Below, one piece after another: positions 1 to 12,329 of a DNA stretch of 64,000 nt (position 1 is its first letter; each line of letters starts with the position of its first letter). This stretch comes from Raja brachyura (lineage: Eukaryota). The translations under genes were made by a program, and so were the position numbers. The stretch lies in the NCBI GenBank assembly GCA_963514005.1, contig OY740809.1:20398001-20462000 (forward strand), written 5' to 3'. A model generated the notes under the pieces. That model was not told where the DNA came from. It saw only the letters and a program-made list of their open reading frames with translations, and ran no database searches.

Positions 1-486
1 CTCAAATTTTGGAAACATACATCTGCCCCTACTCTCAAAATGTGGATTACAAACATGTCTGAGACACTACATCTTGAAAATAAGAGACTTGTCTTAGCAG
101 GAAAACCAGAGCATTTTTTGAAGACACAGACAGCATTCATTGATTCATTACAAGGATAGTATGGTGCAACACAATTTTGGAGTTAAATCTAATTACGGGT
201 TGGGTGATGGGTTGGGAGGGATACGAGGCAGGTATATCATCACCTTTTGTTTTTCTTTCTGTTTTTGTCTTTTTATTTATTTTACTTACTATTTGGCTAC
301 ACCAATTTGTTAGTCTAGGGGTTCTATTTTTGCACATCTACTTTCTCTCTCTTGCTTTTCTCTCAACTTTAGCTAAAAATTAAAATTGAAGCTGTACAAT
401 AACTGGATTATGTCATATGCCGCTGCTTATATTTTTATACACTGCTTCTAATAAATAAAATAAATAAAAATTGAAATTAAAAAAAA
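1..486 (+). mobile_element. 3' end of an L1/Tx1-type LINE (ORF2 C-terminus, 3' UTR, A-rich tail)
   Basis: Frame 1 (1-159) reads LKFWKHTSAPTLKMWITNMSETLHLENKRLVLAGKPEHF...*, resembling the W-x-P-x-W...LE C-terminus of fish L1 ORF2. It is followed by a T-rich UTR and an AATAAA/poly-A tail at ~450-486. Confidence 0.65.
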
Positions 487-633
487 TCCAGTAGATTAGT
501 CCTGCATGATTTCCCCTTCATAAATGCATGCTAACTTTGACCGATCCTGTCACTGCTTTTCAAATGCGCTGCTATTACATCTTTAATAATCAACTCGAGT
601 ATCTTCCCCACTACCGATGTCAGGCTAACTGGT
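487..633 (-). mobile_element. CR1 LINE fragment (RT region), left half of an element split by later insertions
   Basis: The minus strand encodes PVSLTSVVGKILE, a CR1 RT motif. It continues the 7647-8545 fragment, which ends ...WRVANVTPLFKKGGREKTG. Confidence 0.75.
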
Positions 634-636
634 GCA

Positions 637-2234
637 TTTTTTTTAATTTTTATTTAACCTTTATTTAACCAGGAGAAGTCTCATTGAGATTAAAAATCTC
701 TTTTACAAGAGAATCCTGGCCAAGACAGGCAGCAGCACAGTTTCCCAGTTACAGACAATAATTTAAAAACAACAGAGAACATACAAATAGAGTCACAGTC
801 ATAACATCATCAAACAAAGCATGTACAGAAAGAAGAGCCGGCTTCAACATCATTAAGAAGAGATTTAAATCTGTTTATAGAAACCAGCTCCTTAAGTTTC
901 AGTTCATTCAGCAGCTGGTTCCATGCGAAGGGAGCAGCATAACTAAATGCCCTTTTCCCCAGTTCAGTATGGACATTAGGTACAGTTAGTAAGAACAAGT
1001 CCTCAGAGCGAAGCTGATAAGTTCCTGTGCTTTTTCGAATTGCATACTTCTGCAGGTATGAAGGAAGAACACTGAGGATAGTCTTGTAAATAAGGATATG
1101 CCAATGATGGAGTCTGCGGGTGGACAAGGCAAACCATCCAACTTGAGCATATGATGCGTGAGGGTTTTAAAATTAGTAACAAATCTCAGTGCTCCGTGGT
1201 AGACCGTGTCCAAAGGCTGTAGGCATTTTGAAGATGCATTCATATATAAAACATCACCATAGTCCAGCACAGACATAAACGGTGCAGCAACAAGTCTTTT
1301 TTTGGCTTCAAAAGAAAAACAAGATTTGTTTTTAAAGTAAAAACCTAATTTTATCTTTAGTTTTTTCACAAGTTGCTGGATATGAAATTTAAAAGAGAGA
1401 GAATCATCAATTATAATTCCCAGATATTTATATTGAGACACAGATTCAACCACAGAGCCCTGCAAAGTGGTGATAAAAGGGAGGTCCGAGGACTTTGATT
1501 TAGCTTTAGTGAACAGCATGAGCTTTGTCTTGTCAGCATTTAAAACAAGTTTTAAATCACACAGGTTACGTTGCACAGTGTTAAAAGCAGTTTGGAGCTG
1601 ACAGAGAGCCTGATTTGGGGTAGACGCAGAGCAATATATCACTGTGTCGTCAGCATAAAAGTGAAAATTTGCGTTCGCTGCTTTATGATCTAGACTATTA
1701 ATATAAATAGTAAATAATAAAGGTCCTAGAACTGATCCCTGTGGCACACCCTTGGATACATTAAGAGAGCTAGAAGAAATACCTTCTGCTTGCACACACT
1801 GGGATCTGCCTGATAGATAGTTTTTAAACCAACAGACAGCTTGATCAGACAAACCGATGCTGCATAGTCTTTGTAACAATAAGGCATGATCCACAGTATC
1901 GAAAGCCTTTGATAGGTCAACGCAAAGGGCTGCACAGTGTTGCTTATTGTCTAAAAATTCAATAAAATCATTTACTACTTTTAAAGCAGCTGTTGACGTA
2001 CTATATTTTTTCCTAAAACCAGATTGAAATTCAGATAAAATACTGTTAGTTGATAAAAAGTCCATCAGTTGTTGGTTTACAATGGATTCCAGCACCATAC
2101 TTAAAACAGACAGTTTGGAGATGGGCCTATAGTTGTTAAGCACAGTGGGGTCCCCAGTGAGAACAAAAGCAGATTTCCAAATAAGGGGAATTTCGTTTGT
2201 CTCCAGGGAAAGATTAAAAATATGTCAGAGGCAA
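637..2234 (-). mobile_element. 5'-truncated L2/CR1-group LINE with nearly intact reverse transcriptase
   Basis: ORF 986-2143 has NYRPISKL, DLSKAFDTVDH, GVPQGSVLGPLLF, YADD and YKYLG motifs. The C-terminus continues in ORF 810-1127 after one frameshift. The 3' tail on the minus strand is CCTGGTTAAATAAAGGTTAAATAAAAA. Confidence 0.85.
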
Positions 2235-3263
2235 TGCAATACGATGAGGGATTACGTGAAGTAACCCCGTCAGGCGCATGCTCGGCATACTTCAAAGCAG
2301 CGGCGTGAAAAACACAGAACCAATAGCCGAAGTAAGATAGTAAGGCTCTCAAAGACTAGAACTACCAGATGATCGTTTAGATTATGAGGGTCAGGAGCGG
2401 AGGGCAAGTAATCCCTCATCGTAACTCCTCATAAAATAAAGATCAAACTTCAAACCGGTAAGTACTCGTTTAATCTTACTATTTTACTTTGGAGTCACGT
2501 GAGTGACTACGTGAAGATTTTGAAGCTCAGTGATTTTCATGCCGTAGATTCATTCCATATGGCACACTGCTTCAGTTGACACAGTAGTGAGTAAATAATA
2601 TATATTGAACATTGCTTGAAATTACGCAATAAGTATTATAATAATAATAAAAGAAAAAAGAAAAGTAATAACCCCTCTATCCCAGGGGGAGATTACAACA
2701 AAAGATATGAAACCATGACATAAAACAAAGCAAACAATCAATCAAACAGAACCCAACACTGCGTGTCCAAACCCTGGCACCGTGAGAATAGGTTTATTGT
2801 AAAACTTGGAAAATGTTTCTTCTTTACACCATCCTGCAGCCTCTAAAATTTGGTCGAGCGGCACGTCCTGTGCCTTCGCCATGGATGTGGATGCCGCACT
2901 GGTGGAGTGAGATTTAAACGCATCAGTGTCTATTCCAGCTAAATCCAAAACCTGTTTTAACCATCTAGAAATAGTTTGTACTCACACTTTTTTATATGTT
3001 TTTTTGTGGGTAATAAGCATTGCTGTCTCACAACCCCGGAGACTCTTGGTTACTTCAATATATCGAATCAGATGCTTAACCACACACAATGTTTGGTCAA
3101 CAGGGTATGCTTTAAAGATTACCTTGGTTCCAGACTTTCCCAGTCTGCTTAGTTTGATTAGATCATGAACATAAAAAGTAATGTTATCTGCAGACAAATG
3201 CATTCAATCTAAACGTAACTCTTTGTGCTGACACTAATGCCATGCGCATTACCACTTTAAATG

Positions 3264-3748
3264 ACCAGACTGATTCCTGGGATGGCAGGACTGTCTTATG
3301 AACAAAGACTGCATAGACTCGGTTTATACTCTCTAGAATTTAGGAGATTGAGAGGGGATCTTATAGAAACTTACAAAATTCTTAAGTGATTGGACAGGCT
3401 AGATGCAGGAAGATTGTACCCGATGTTGGGGAGGTCCAGGACAAGGGGTCACAGCTTAAGGATAAGGGGGAAATCCTTTAGGACCGAAATGAGAAGGACT
3501 TTTTTCACACAGAGAGTGGTGGGTCTCTGGAACTCTCAGCCACAGAGGGTAGTTGAGGCCAGTTCATTGGCTATATTTAAGAGGGAGTTAGATGTGGCCC
3601 TTGTGGCTAAGGGGATCAGAGGGTATGGAGAGAAGGCAGGTACGGGATACTGAGTTGGATGATCAGCCATGATCATATTGAATGGTGGTGCAGGCTCGAA
3701 GGGCTGAATGGCCTACTCCTGCACCTAATTTCTATGTTTCTATGTTTC
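3264..3748 (+). mobile_element. CR1 LINE 3' end inserted in the DIRS recombinase region
   Basis: ORF 3390-3653 (RTRGHSLRI...FFTQRVV.LWNS), (TCTATGTT)n tail, flanking direct repeat TAAATG at 3258-3263 and 3749-3754. Confidence 0.85.
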
Positions 3749-5059
3749 TAAATGTTAATTCTGAAAAGACAGTGACGTAATTGGAGTCCACTGCCGAAGC
3801 AATGTAAGAACTATACTGACATCCCAAATTTCAGTATATCTGGGTTTGGGGGGATTTTTATTAAAAATTCCCCTCATAAATCGGGATATTAATGGATGAG
3901 ACCCGATAGATGTTATGAAAATTGTCCTAAATAGGAAGACAAAGCACTACAAGCAATATTAATGGCACTATAACTTAGGTGCTGATCAAAATGCAACATA
4001 GCAAGGAACTCCAATACATCCAATATGTTTGCAGTATGATAAGATATATCTCACTGTATACAAAAATTTCTTTACATGAGACATATATTGTTTCTTAGTG
4101 CTATCTCTCCAAGCTGCAGTCATGACATCCATGGTCCTATCCGACAGTCCAAGCCTTTGTAATGGTCTGGTCAGAACCTGCAGATTAACAAATTAATATG
4201 ATCATGCCATGGATGAACTTCTTCTGTCACTGGTTGTACCAACAAATCACTGGAGCTTGGAATCGTCAGAAATGGTTCAGTTATCATTCTAAGCATCAAT
4301 GGGAACCATGACTGTGTAGGCCAGTTTGGAACCACCAAAACACCCATGGCGGAGTCTTGCTCTATTTTTGTGAGACATTGCCTAATCAGGCAATCATGGG
4401 GGAAAAGCTTAGAAAAACACATTACCCCAATGTAGCGAGAATGCATCCACCGCTACTGCTCCTGGGTCAGGCTCCCATGAGATGTACTTAGGCAACTCGT
4501 GATTTAATCTGGACACAAACAGATCAATGTCTGGTAACCCATACCGACTGAAAATCTTTTTGAAAACTTGTGGATTTAACATCCATTCTGTATTGTCTTT
4601 GAACTTTCGTGATCTGTTGTCTGCCACAATATTATCTCTTCCTGGGAGATAGATAGCTGAAAGCCAGATATTCCTAGATATACACCAATGCCACATCAGG
4701 TTGACCAGATAATCACATGATACTGATCTTACTCCCCCCATGTGATTGATATATGCTACAGCTGTGGTATTGTCTACTTGTAATTGAACATGCAGGTCCT
4801 TCATTGTAGAACAATAAGCTTTCAATCCATAAAATGCTCCCAATAACTCCAAATAATTGATACCATATGTTTGGAGAATTAAATCCTCTTGGACAGTCCA
4901 TCTACCATCACAGCTGGTGTAATTGTCCATAGCCCCCCATCCGAGAGCACTCACATCAGTTTGCAATACCACTGAAGGTTGCTGAACAAAAATGTTTTTA
5001 GCAGCTTGTGCAACATTCCCAATCCACCATTCAGCTAAAGCTTCCGTTGGTAACTGCAT

Positions 5060-5652
5060 GGTTGGGCGATCGTTTCGCCGAACAACTCCGCTCGGTCCGC
5101 AATAACCAACCTGACCTCCCGGTGGCTCAGCACTTCAACTTCTCCTCCCATTCCATATCCAACCTCTCTGTCCTGGGCCTCCTCCATGGCCAGAGTGAGC
5201 AACACCGCAAGTTGGAGGAACAGCACCTCATATTCCGCTTGGGGAGTCTGCATCCTCTGGGCTTAAACATTGAATTTTCTCAATTCTGTTAACCCAGGCT
5301 GCCTCCTCCCCCTCCCCACATCTCCCTCAGCCCTCGGGCCCTGGAATTCCTTCTCTCTCTATCTCCCCCCCCCAACCCAAGTCGCACTAGCTTCTCATTT
5401 TCACACTACAAACAGCTTACAATGGCCTGTTTCCTTTATCATCAATTCTTTTTTGCATATCTTTCATTCATTGTTCTTTATCTCTCCACATCACTGTCTA
5501 TATCTCTCATTTCCCTGATCCCTGACCAGTCTGAAGAAGGTCTCGACCCGAAACGTCGCCTATCTCCTTCGCTCCTTAGATGCTGCTGCACCCGCTGAGT
5601 TTCTCCAGCTTTTTGTGTAACCCTTGATTCTCCAGCATCTGCAGTTCCTTCT
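5060..5652 (+). mobile_element. Penelope-like element 3' fragment (GIY-YIG C-terminus plus terminus) inserted in DIRS
   Basis: ORF reads [24 protein letters not shown]...[24 protein letters not shown]. The terminus carries CTGAAGAAGGTCTCGACCCGAAACGTC at 5531-5557. Confidence 0.85.
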
Positions 5653-7646
5653 TTAACAGGTAATGCTTTATATTGCCACAGCTGACCCATACAATTAAAC
5701 TTCAAGTACCTGCGATAATGGTGATGAATTGGCACTGAATAATACGCATTTTTAAAGTCTATAGTAGCCATGTAACAGCCTATTGACAACAACTACTTTG
5801 CAGTGTGGAAGGTGTCCATTTTGAAATGCCTATACTGGACATATGAATTCAATTTTGTGAGATCCAGAATGACTCTACAACCCCCATCTTTCTTTGGCCT
5901 CGGGAAAATATTTGACACAAATTGTTGCGGATGATTCCCCATACTTTCAATTACTCCTTTTTCAAATAAATTTTTTACCTCTTCTTTTATCTGAGAATTT
6001 TCAGGTGCAGAAAACACCAACACCCGATTAGGTTTATTCTGTACAGGTGGATCAACTCCTTCCATAAATTCTATTGTAGAACCTGTATCTAATATAACCC
6101 GATCAGATGTTATACAGCACCATTCATCATAAAACAATTGTAAACTACCACCAACCGAAGGTTCCCCAAAAGTTTTCTCTGTGATGGAATGAAGTTTTTG
6201 TACCTCAGCAAATGACCATGACGGTCTCCTCCTTCCAACATATGGGTGGACATTGGGCTGTGATGGGTAATAATACCTTCTTACCATACCCCTGCCTCTG
6301 CTTGTTCCCGCTCCCGAATCAAACCCCCTTCTCATCCAGCCAGTTTGTTTCCTTTGGCCAAATATGAAAGGTTTCACGAGTCTGATAGTCTTTGCCTCCT
6401 AATCGATTTCTTTGATTTGCTTACGCTGGTTTTCTCCGAATAAATAATCGGGAGCTTGAGCATTGCTTGATTTGCACAGACCTGCAAATCTAGGGTGCAG
6501 TATGGGCCGAATGGCGATTTTCCTCGTACAATTGATCTCAAAATAAGAGTTATAAAACAATGCCAACATGTCTTATTGGATTTTGGACATTGCACACCCT
6601 TCCACCTGCTTCCCAAAAGCAGTGATGCCAGCCGCAATGAGCTTGAGGACCCTCTGGAACCGTATTTCCTGTCTTCGCATTGTTGGAGTCATGGGTGTCC
6701 AAATAGCCGGATTCACCTTCGGCACCCTTAGTGACGCATAATTTACAGGTGTTTTATAAAGGTATACTGTCTCAACCACGACAATCTCTTGAAGCTGGTG
6801 AGAAACCAAATAGTTTATGTTGGCCGCCAGGGTTTCTTCCATGGCCTCAGCGCTCCCCTCTGGTATAGCAAAGGATTGTGCTACATCAGGTACACCTGGA
6901 GTTTTACTCTTGTGCTGTGGTGGGTACTCATGACCAGAAACACCACGTTCAGGGTCAGTCTCCTGCCGCCCTGGTACTCCTGAGACTTGCTCAAAGGAGA
7001 CTTCTTCCAGACCTAAACAAGGCTCTGGAGGTTCACATTCCCATGTTGTATAGGAGCCATATTCTTGATATGGAACCCCCTCAGGGGCTGCCTGGGAATA
7101 CTCTGGGTCTTTGGACCCTTGGTTGATTATGGTTTGGAGCATTTTCTCCATTTGGTCCATCCTGAGCCACATAGGTCGTCTGTCTGGAGGATCTTCATCA
7201 TCAGACTCGTCTGATATAACAGGCCTGACAGACTTCCTCTTGCATTTCCTACCCACTGGAGTACCCTCAGTGGCCTGCGGCAGTAGAGCGGCTAAAGGCT
7301 GACTAATGGCTGGGTCTACGGCTACCGGTATCGGAACCGACTCCGTACTTATCTTCAGTCCCGATCTCAATTGAGCTGCTTCCACACGGGACGCACGCTT
7401 AACCTGCGCCGACTATTTACCATTCTCCATTTTTTCCCCAAACTCCTCCTGGCCAGCCAGCCAGCGTCATGGAGCTTAAATACCCAGGAAGTAGTTTTTA
7501 AAAACCACTTACCTGCGGGCCTGTTACTCACCGCTGGTGGAGCTGCGATCTTCAGCCCGTTCCTACCGACATGCGTCGACGTAATGCCGAGCATGCGCCT
7601 GGCGGGGCTTCTTCACGTAGTCACTCACGTGACTCCGAAGTAAAAT

Positions 7647-8545
7647 CCCCAGTTTTCTCCCTCCCTCCTTTCTTGAAAAGTGGAGTTACATTAGCTACCC
7701 TCCAGTCCACAGGAACTGATCCAGAGTTGAGAAAATGCTCACCAATGCATCCACGATTTCTAGGGCCGCCTCTAGTACTCTGGGATGCAGACCATCATCC
7801 TTGGGAATTTATCTGCCCTGAGTCCCAACAGTTTACCTAACACCATTTCCTGACTAATGTGAATTTCCTTCAGTTCCTCTCTCCCACTCGATCCTCGATC
7901 CCCTAGTATTTCTGGGAGATAGTTTCTGTCTTCCTTAGTGAGGACAGAACCAAAGTATTTGTTTAACTGGTCTGCCATTTCTTTGTTTCGTCATTATAAA
8001 TTCACCGGTTTCTGACTGTAAGGGACCTACATTTGTCTTCACTAATCTTTTCCTCCTCACAGGTCTGTAGAAACTTTTACAGTCAGTTTTTATATTCCCT
8101 GCAAACTTTCTTTCATGCTCTATTTTCCTCCTCTTAATTAACCCTTTTGTCCCCCTCTCTTGAATTCTAAATTTTTCTCAATTCTCCAGTTTGCTGCTTC
8201 TCTGGCCAATTTAGATGCCTCTTCCTTGGATTTAACACTATCCCTAATTTCTCTCGTTAGCTATGGTTGAGCCGCCTTCCCTGTTTTATTTTTACACCAG
8301 ACAGGGATGAACAATTGTTGTAATTCATCCATGCGATCTTCAAAACTTTGCCATTGCATATCCACCGTCAACCCTTTAAGTATCATTTGCCATCTATCCA
8401 AATGATAGCCAATGACAGCCAATTCCAGTCTTAAGCCATAAAAGTTGCCTTCCTTTAAGTTCAGGACCCTTGTCTCTGAATTAACGATGTCACTTTCCAT
8501 CTTAATGCAGAATTCTACCATATTATGGTCACAGTTGCCCAAGGG
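7647..8545 (-). mobile_element. CR1 LINE ORF2 fragment
   Basis: ORFs 8261-8542 (DHNMVEF...RVLNL) and 7772-7978 (ADQLNKYFGSV.TKED) are typical of the CR1 endonuclease-RT linker. Confidence 0.8.
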
Positions 8546-8789
8546 GCTTTACACAACAAGGTTGGCTGGAGGAGCCCCCCCCCCCCTTCCGGTAAACAGA
8601 CAAGGTTGGGAGAGTAAAGGGTCGTCTGGTCACGGGCATGCAGCAGGCTGGAGCTTCACTGGATCGGGGGTACTCCAGTACCTCCAGCATGTGGACCAGA
8701 CTTTGGATCTTTTTCTTTGTAAACGGTGAAAAAATATGGGGACTGCATTTGTGGGTTGTGCAAAAGAATCTCACTGTGCTGTGCATACG

Positions 8790-9500
8790 TGACAATAATG
8801 AACCATCAATGGGCCATCAATGTATTTGTGTACCACTTTGCTTCGTTAAGTCGATCACAATCTCTTTTGTCTAGCTGTCAATGAGGGAGAGGTTGATGTC
8901 TTGGCTCCAGGTTGTGAGGTTCTCAATCTCCTTCCAGTACTCCGTCTTGTAATTATTTGATATCTGGCCTACACTGGTGGTATCATCATTGAACTTGAGT
9001 TGGAGAGGTATTTGGCTACAATTATAAGTGTACAAGTATAGTAGTGCCGGTGTTGAGGATTATCGTGGAAGATGAATTGCCAGTTGCCAGGGGAATGCTA
9101 ACTCCAAGTTTCATGAGTTTGGACATGAGCTTGGTTGGTATAATGGTATTGAATGCAGAACTGTCGTCTATGATTAGGAGGTTGATGTAGGTATCCTTAT
9201 CCAGATGTTTCAGGCATGAGTGCAGGGCCAGGGAGATGGCATCAGCCCCAGGGACCTGTTGTGGCGAAAGGTGAATTGCTGTGGATCAAGGCTGCTTGGC
9301 AAGCTGGACATTATGTGTGCCATAACCAGCCTCTCGAAGTACTTCATGATGGTGGATGTCTAGGCCACTGTCATTAAGTAATTACGTTAGTCATTAAGGA
9401 ATGACATCTTGCTTGGCTTTGACACTGGGATGATGGTGATTTTCTTGGAAACAGGCGGGTTCCTCAGAATGGAGTCTGGAGAGGTTAAAGATGTCTGGAT
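8790..9500 (-). mobile_element. Degraded Rex1/Babar-like LINE RT fragment
   Basis: The minus strand shows TSTIMKYFERL near 9330-9360 and a KFNDDTT remnant near 8975-9000; many stops. Confidence 0.55.
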
Positions 9501-11220
9501 GGTTGTGGGCGGAGTGTCTATCAAACGAGTGTGCTGTCTCAATCCATTAACATTTCTCAACTTCTGTTGATGATTTAATTACAATGTTTTTGTTAATTGC
9601 TACATGAACAATATCTCCAATATTAGTAACTTTTAAGTTAAATGTAATTGAAGAAGTTTCAAGCAATCAGTCTACAAGTTATTTGGGCATTGAAAACGAA
9701 TGGGAGAGTATAAACCCCCAGGAATTTGGTGATGGGTTAGCAGATCCTGAAAATACAGCAAGAGGTAGTGAAAACTGTTGATGTTAATTTTAGGAAATCC
9801 CAGTCAGGAAGTTAATTCACGCATCAGTGGTCATCTTTGGTGAATACTGCACTAAATATCATATCTTATACTCGTTCTTTTAGGCTCATCTGTTGCTCGA
9901 ATTCAGGCAGTACAAGTGCCTCCATCATCCCTATCAATGTGGCAGTGGCTTTACATCATATTGAATGCTATTCGCCTCAACCTCAAACAGAACCATATCA
10001 TCTAGGTGGATCGCACAACATTCCTGATGCAGAAGCAAATGTTGTGGTTTGGTGGCAAAGGAACCATCTGGAAGGAGGGGCATTGTAATATTGAAATAGG
10101 CTCCTATTCCAACTGCAAGTAGTAACAGGAATTTAATGAATCATTAATCCCATTTTCCCTCAACTGGTTTTAATCACATCTGATTTTTTAATGCTTTGCA
10201 TAGCTTGTTTAGGAGTCTAGCAACTGCCAATTGATGTTTTTTTGTTTGACTTGGAAACCCTGGTAATAATGGTAACAATTGCCGGAGGATTCTTACTGAT
10301 CACTGGTGCTAAATTTCATGCTGTATCACATGGTGAAATAACTGGAAATTAAATAAACAAAATCTCCCAATAAGCCATGGTGATATAACGTATCACAGAT
10401 CTCTGTGCGTTCTGCTGTGGGACAAAACCCATTTCAAGTGACCACCCAACTACTCTGGTGTCAATCCCATTCTTAATAATAATCGATGTATATTCTTTGG
10501 AATGGTCTCCTTGGCCATTTCCAAATCTAACCATTTCTTCACTGGCTTGGCTCGGAAATGTTGATAGAAAGCAAATGTATACTAGATTTTTAAGGTCCAG
10601 GTCAATAAACAATACTCCTGCTAATTCCCTCATTCTTACGATAGTGGAACATTCATCATTGGTACTTTATTATCACGTGTACCTAATTACAGTAAAATTT
10701 ATTTTTTGCATACAGTTCAGTGACAATCCTACTCTACATTAGGCACAATCATACTAATTACAAGAGTGTTAGACAGTAGACCACACGGAGTTATTATGTA
10801 CCCTTCAGGTCCAAATGTTTTAAAATGGTAGTCATGAAGTGTGACAAAATATTCTGTCTCGTCCACCCATGGGTTTAACAACTCAGTTTTCTATTTAACA
10901 AAACCATATTTCACTGAAAATTCAAATTGTTGATCAGAGTACATTCTCATGGCTTCATCTAAATGTTTGTCTGATTCATTCCACAATTTGAATGGTCAGT
11001 AAGAATTTCCCAAACACTAACACTGGTTTGGCTTAGAGATGCAGCATAGAGACGAGACATTCATTAGTTCTATCGTATTGCACTAACTCATTTACTCCCT
11101 ATACAATAGGGGCAATTTTACAGAGGCCAATTAACCTGTAAATCCTAACATGTCTTTGGTATGTCTTTGGGATGTGGGAGGAATCCGGAGCACCCAGAGG
11201 AAAACAACAGAGAGAACATA

Positions 11221-11520
11221 GGGCAGCACGGTGGCGCAGCGATAGAGTTGCTGCCTTACAGCGCTTGCAGCGCCGGAGACCTGGGTTCGACCCCGACTAC
11301 GGGTGCTGTCTGCTCGGAGTTTGTACGCGTGGGTTTTCTCCGAGATCTTCGGTTTCCTCCCACACACCAAAAACGTGCAGGTACGTTGGTTAACTAGCTT
11401 GGTAAATGTAAAAATTGCCCCTAGCGTGTGTAGGATAGTGTTAATATGCAGGGATCACTGGTCGGCACAGACCTGGTGGGCCAAAGAGACTGTTTCCGTG
11501 CTGTATCTCTAAACTAAACA
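11221..11520 (+). mobile_element. tRNA-derived SINE nested in an oppositely oriented related SINE (11030-11205, 11525-11585)
   Basis: A box GGTGGCGCAGCGATAG, B box GGGTTCGACCCC, core GTGGGTTTTCTCCG...GGTTTCCTCCCACA, tail CTAAACTAAAC. Confidence 0.75.
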
Positions 11521-12329
11521 TGCCAATCCTGCACAGACCTGGGTCTCTGGCACTGTAAGGCAGCAATTCTACCAGTTGTGTCACTGGTTGAGTTCACCCA
11601 ACACAGTTATTTTAACAAAGGAATTGATACCAATAGGTAGACACTTGAAAGTTTGTTCAGGTTCCCAAATAAGTATATCTTTTCTGCAGGAAGGAATGGG
11701 TTTCGACCTGAAATGTCACCCTTTCCTTGTCTCCAGAGATGCTGACTGTCCCACTGAGTAACTTCAGCATTTTGTGACTATCTTCTATGTATATCTTTTT
11801 GTGCCTTCTCCGTTGGTTCTTTTGCTGTAACGGAGAATCACACAGCTCATAAGCCCATCGACTTTACGCACTGACTTGCACTAAACCCATACATCTTTGG
11901 GATATGGGAGGAAACTGGCTATTTAATCAGGCTATTGAACAGCCTCTTCCACGATAGGTGAGGGTGCGATCCATAGTAACCCTGAGGTACTTGAGGAATT
12001 CTTCATTCTGCACCAGCTTACCACAAAAGGACACTCGGAGATTTGCGTTGGCAAGCCAATTGCTGAGGTGAAAGGCAGTGACAGTTGTCTTAGATGGGTT
12101 GGGGTGAAGTCGCCAAAAGGTGAAGTACTATTCCATCCCCTTCAAAGCTTGGGTTAGCACTCTGCTGATATCCTCAAGAGCAGCTCCCTGGTAGGCAAGG
12201 GCAAGGTCACCTGCTTATGCAATCTTCCTGGACAAGGTAGTTGGCAAGTCACTCACGTAAATGTTGAAGAGTAGGGGAGCTAGGACAGAGCCCTGGGAGA
12301 CCATCATTCAAGGTCCAAACAAAGATGGG

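Larger units (their letters stand above)
2235..7646 (-). mobile_element. DIRS1-type tyrosine-recombinase retrotransposon (degenerate) with inverted termini and internal complementary region
   Basis: Gag-like ORF 6573-7385. RT at 5793-6377 (FVSNIFPRPKKDGGCRVILDL) and 5657-5792 (TIDFKNAYYSVP). RNase H at 4409-5059 (TDVSALGWGA, INYLELL, VDNTTAV), followed by a methyltransferase-like segment (IDLF...AVDAF...LVVPNWP). Tyrosine recombinase at 2742-3203 (HSTSAASTS...AAGW...FSKFY). Terminal sequence 2253-2289 is complementary to ~7581-7619; 2481-2516 is complementary to 7611-7646; 2408-2423 is complementary to 2240-2256. Confidence 0.9.

Noticed and set aside
11221-11300. tRNA-like sequence
   Set aside because: It is the head of a SINE followed by core and tail, not a tRNA gene.
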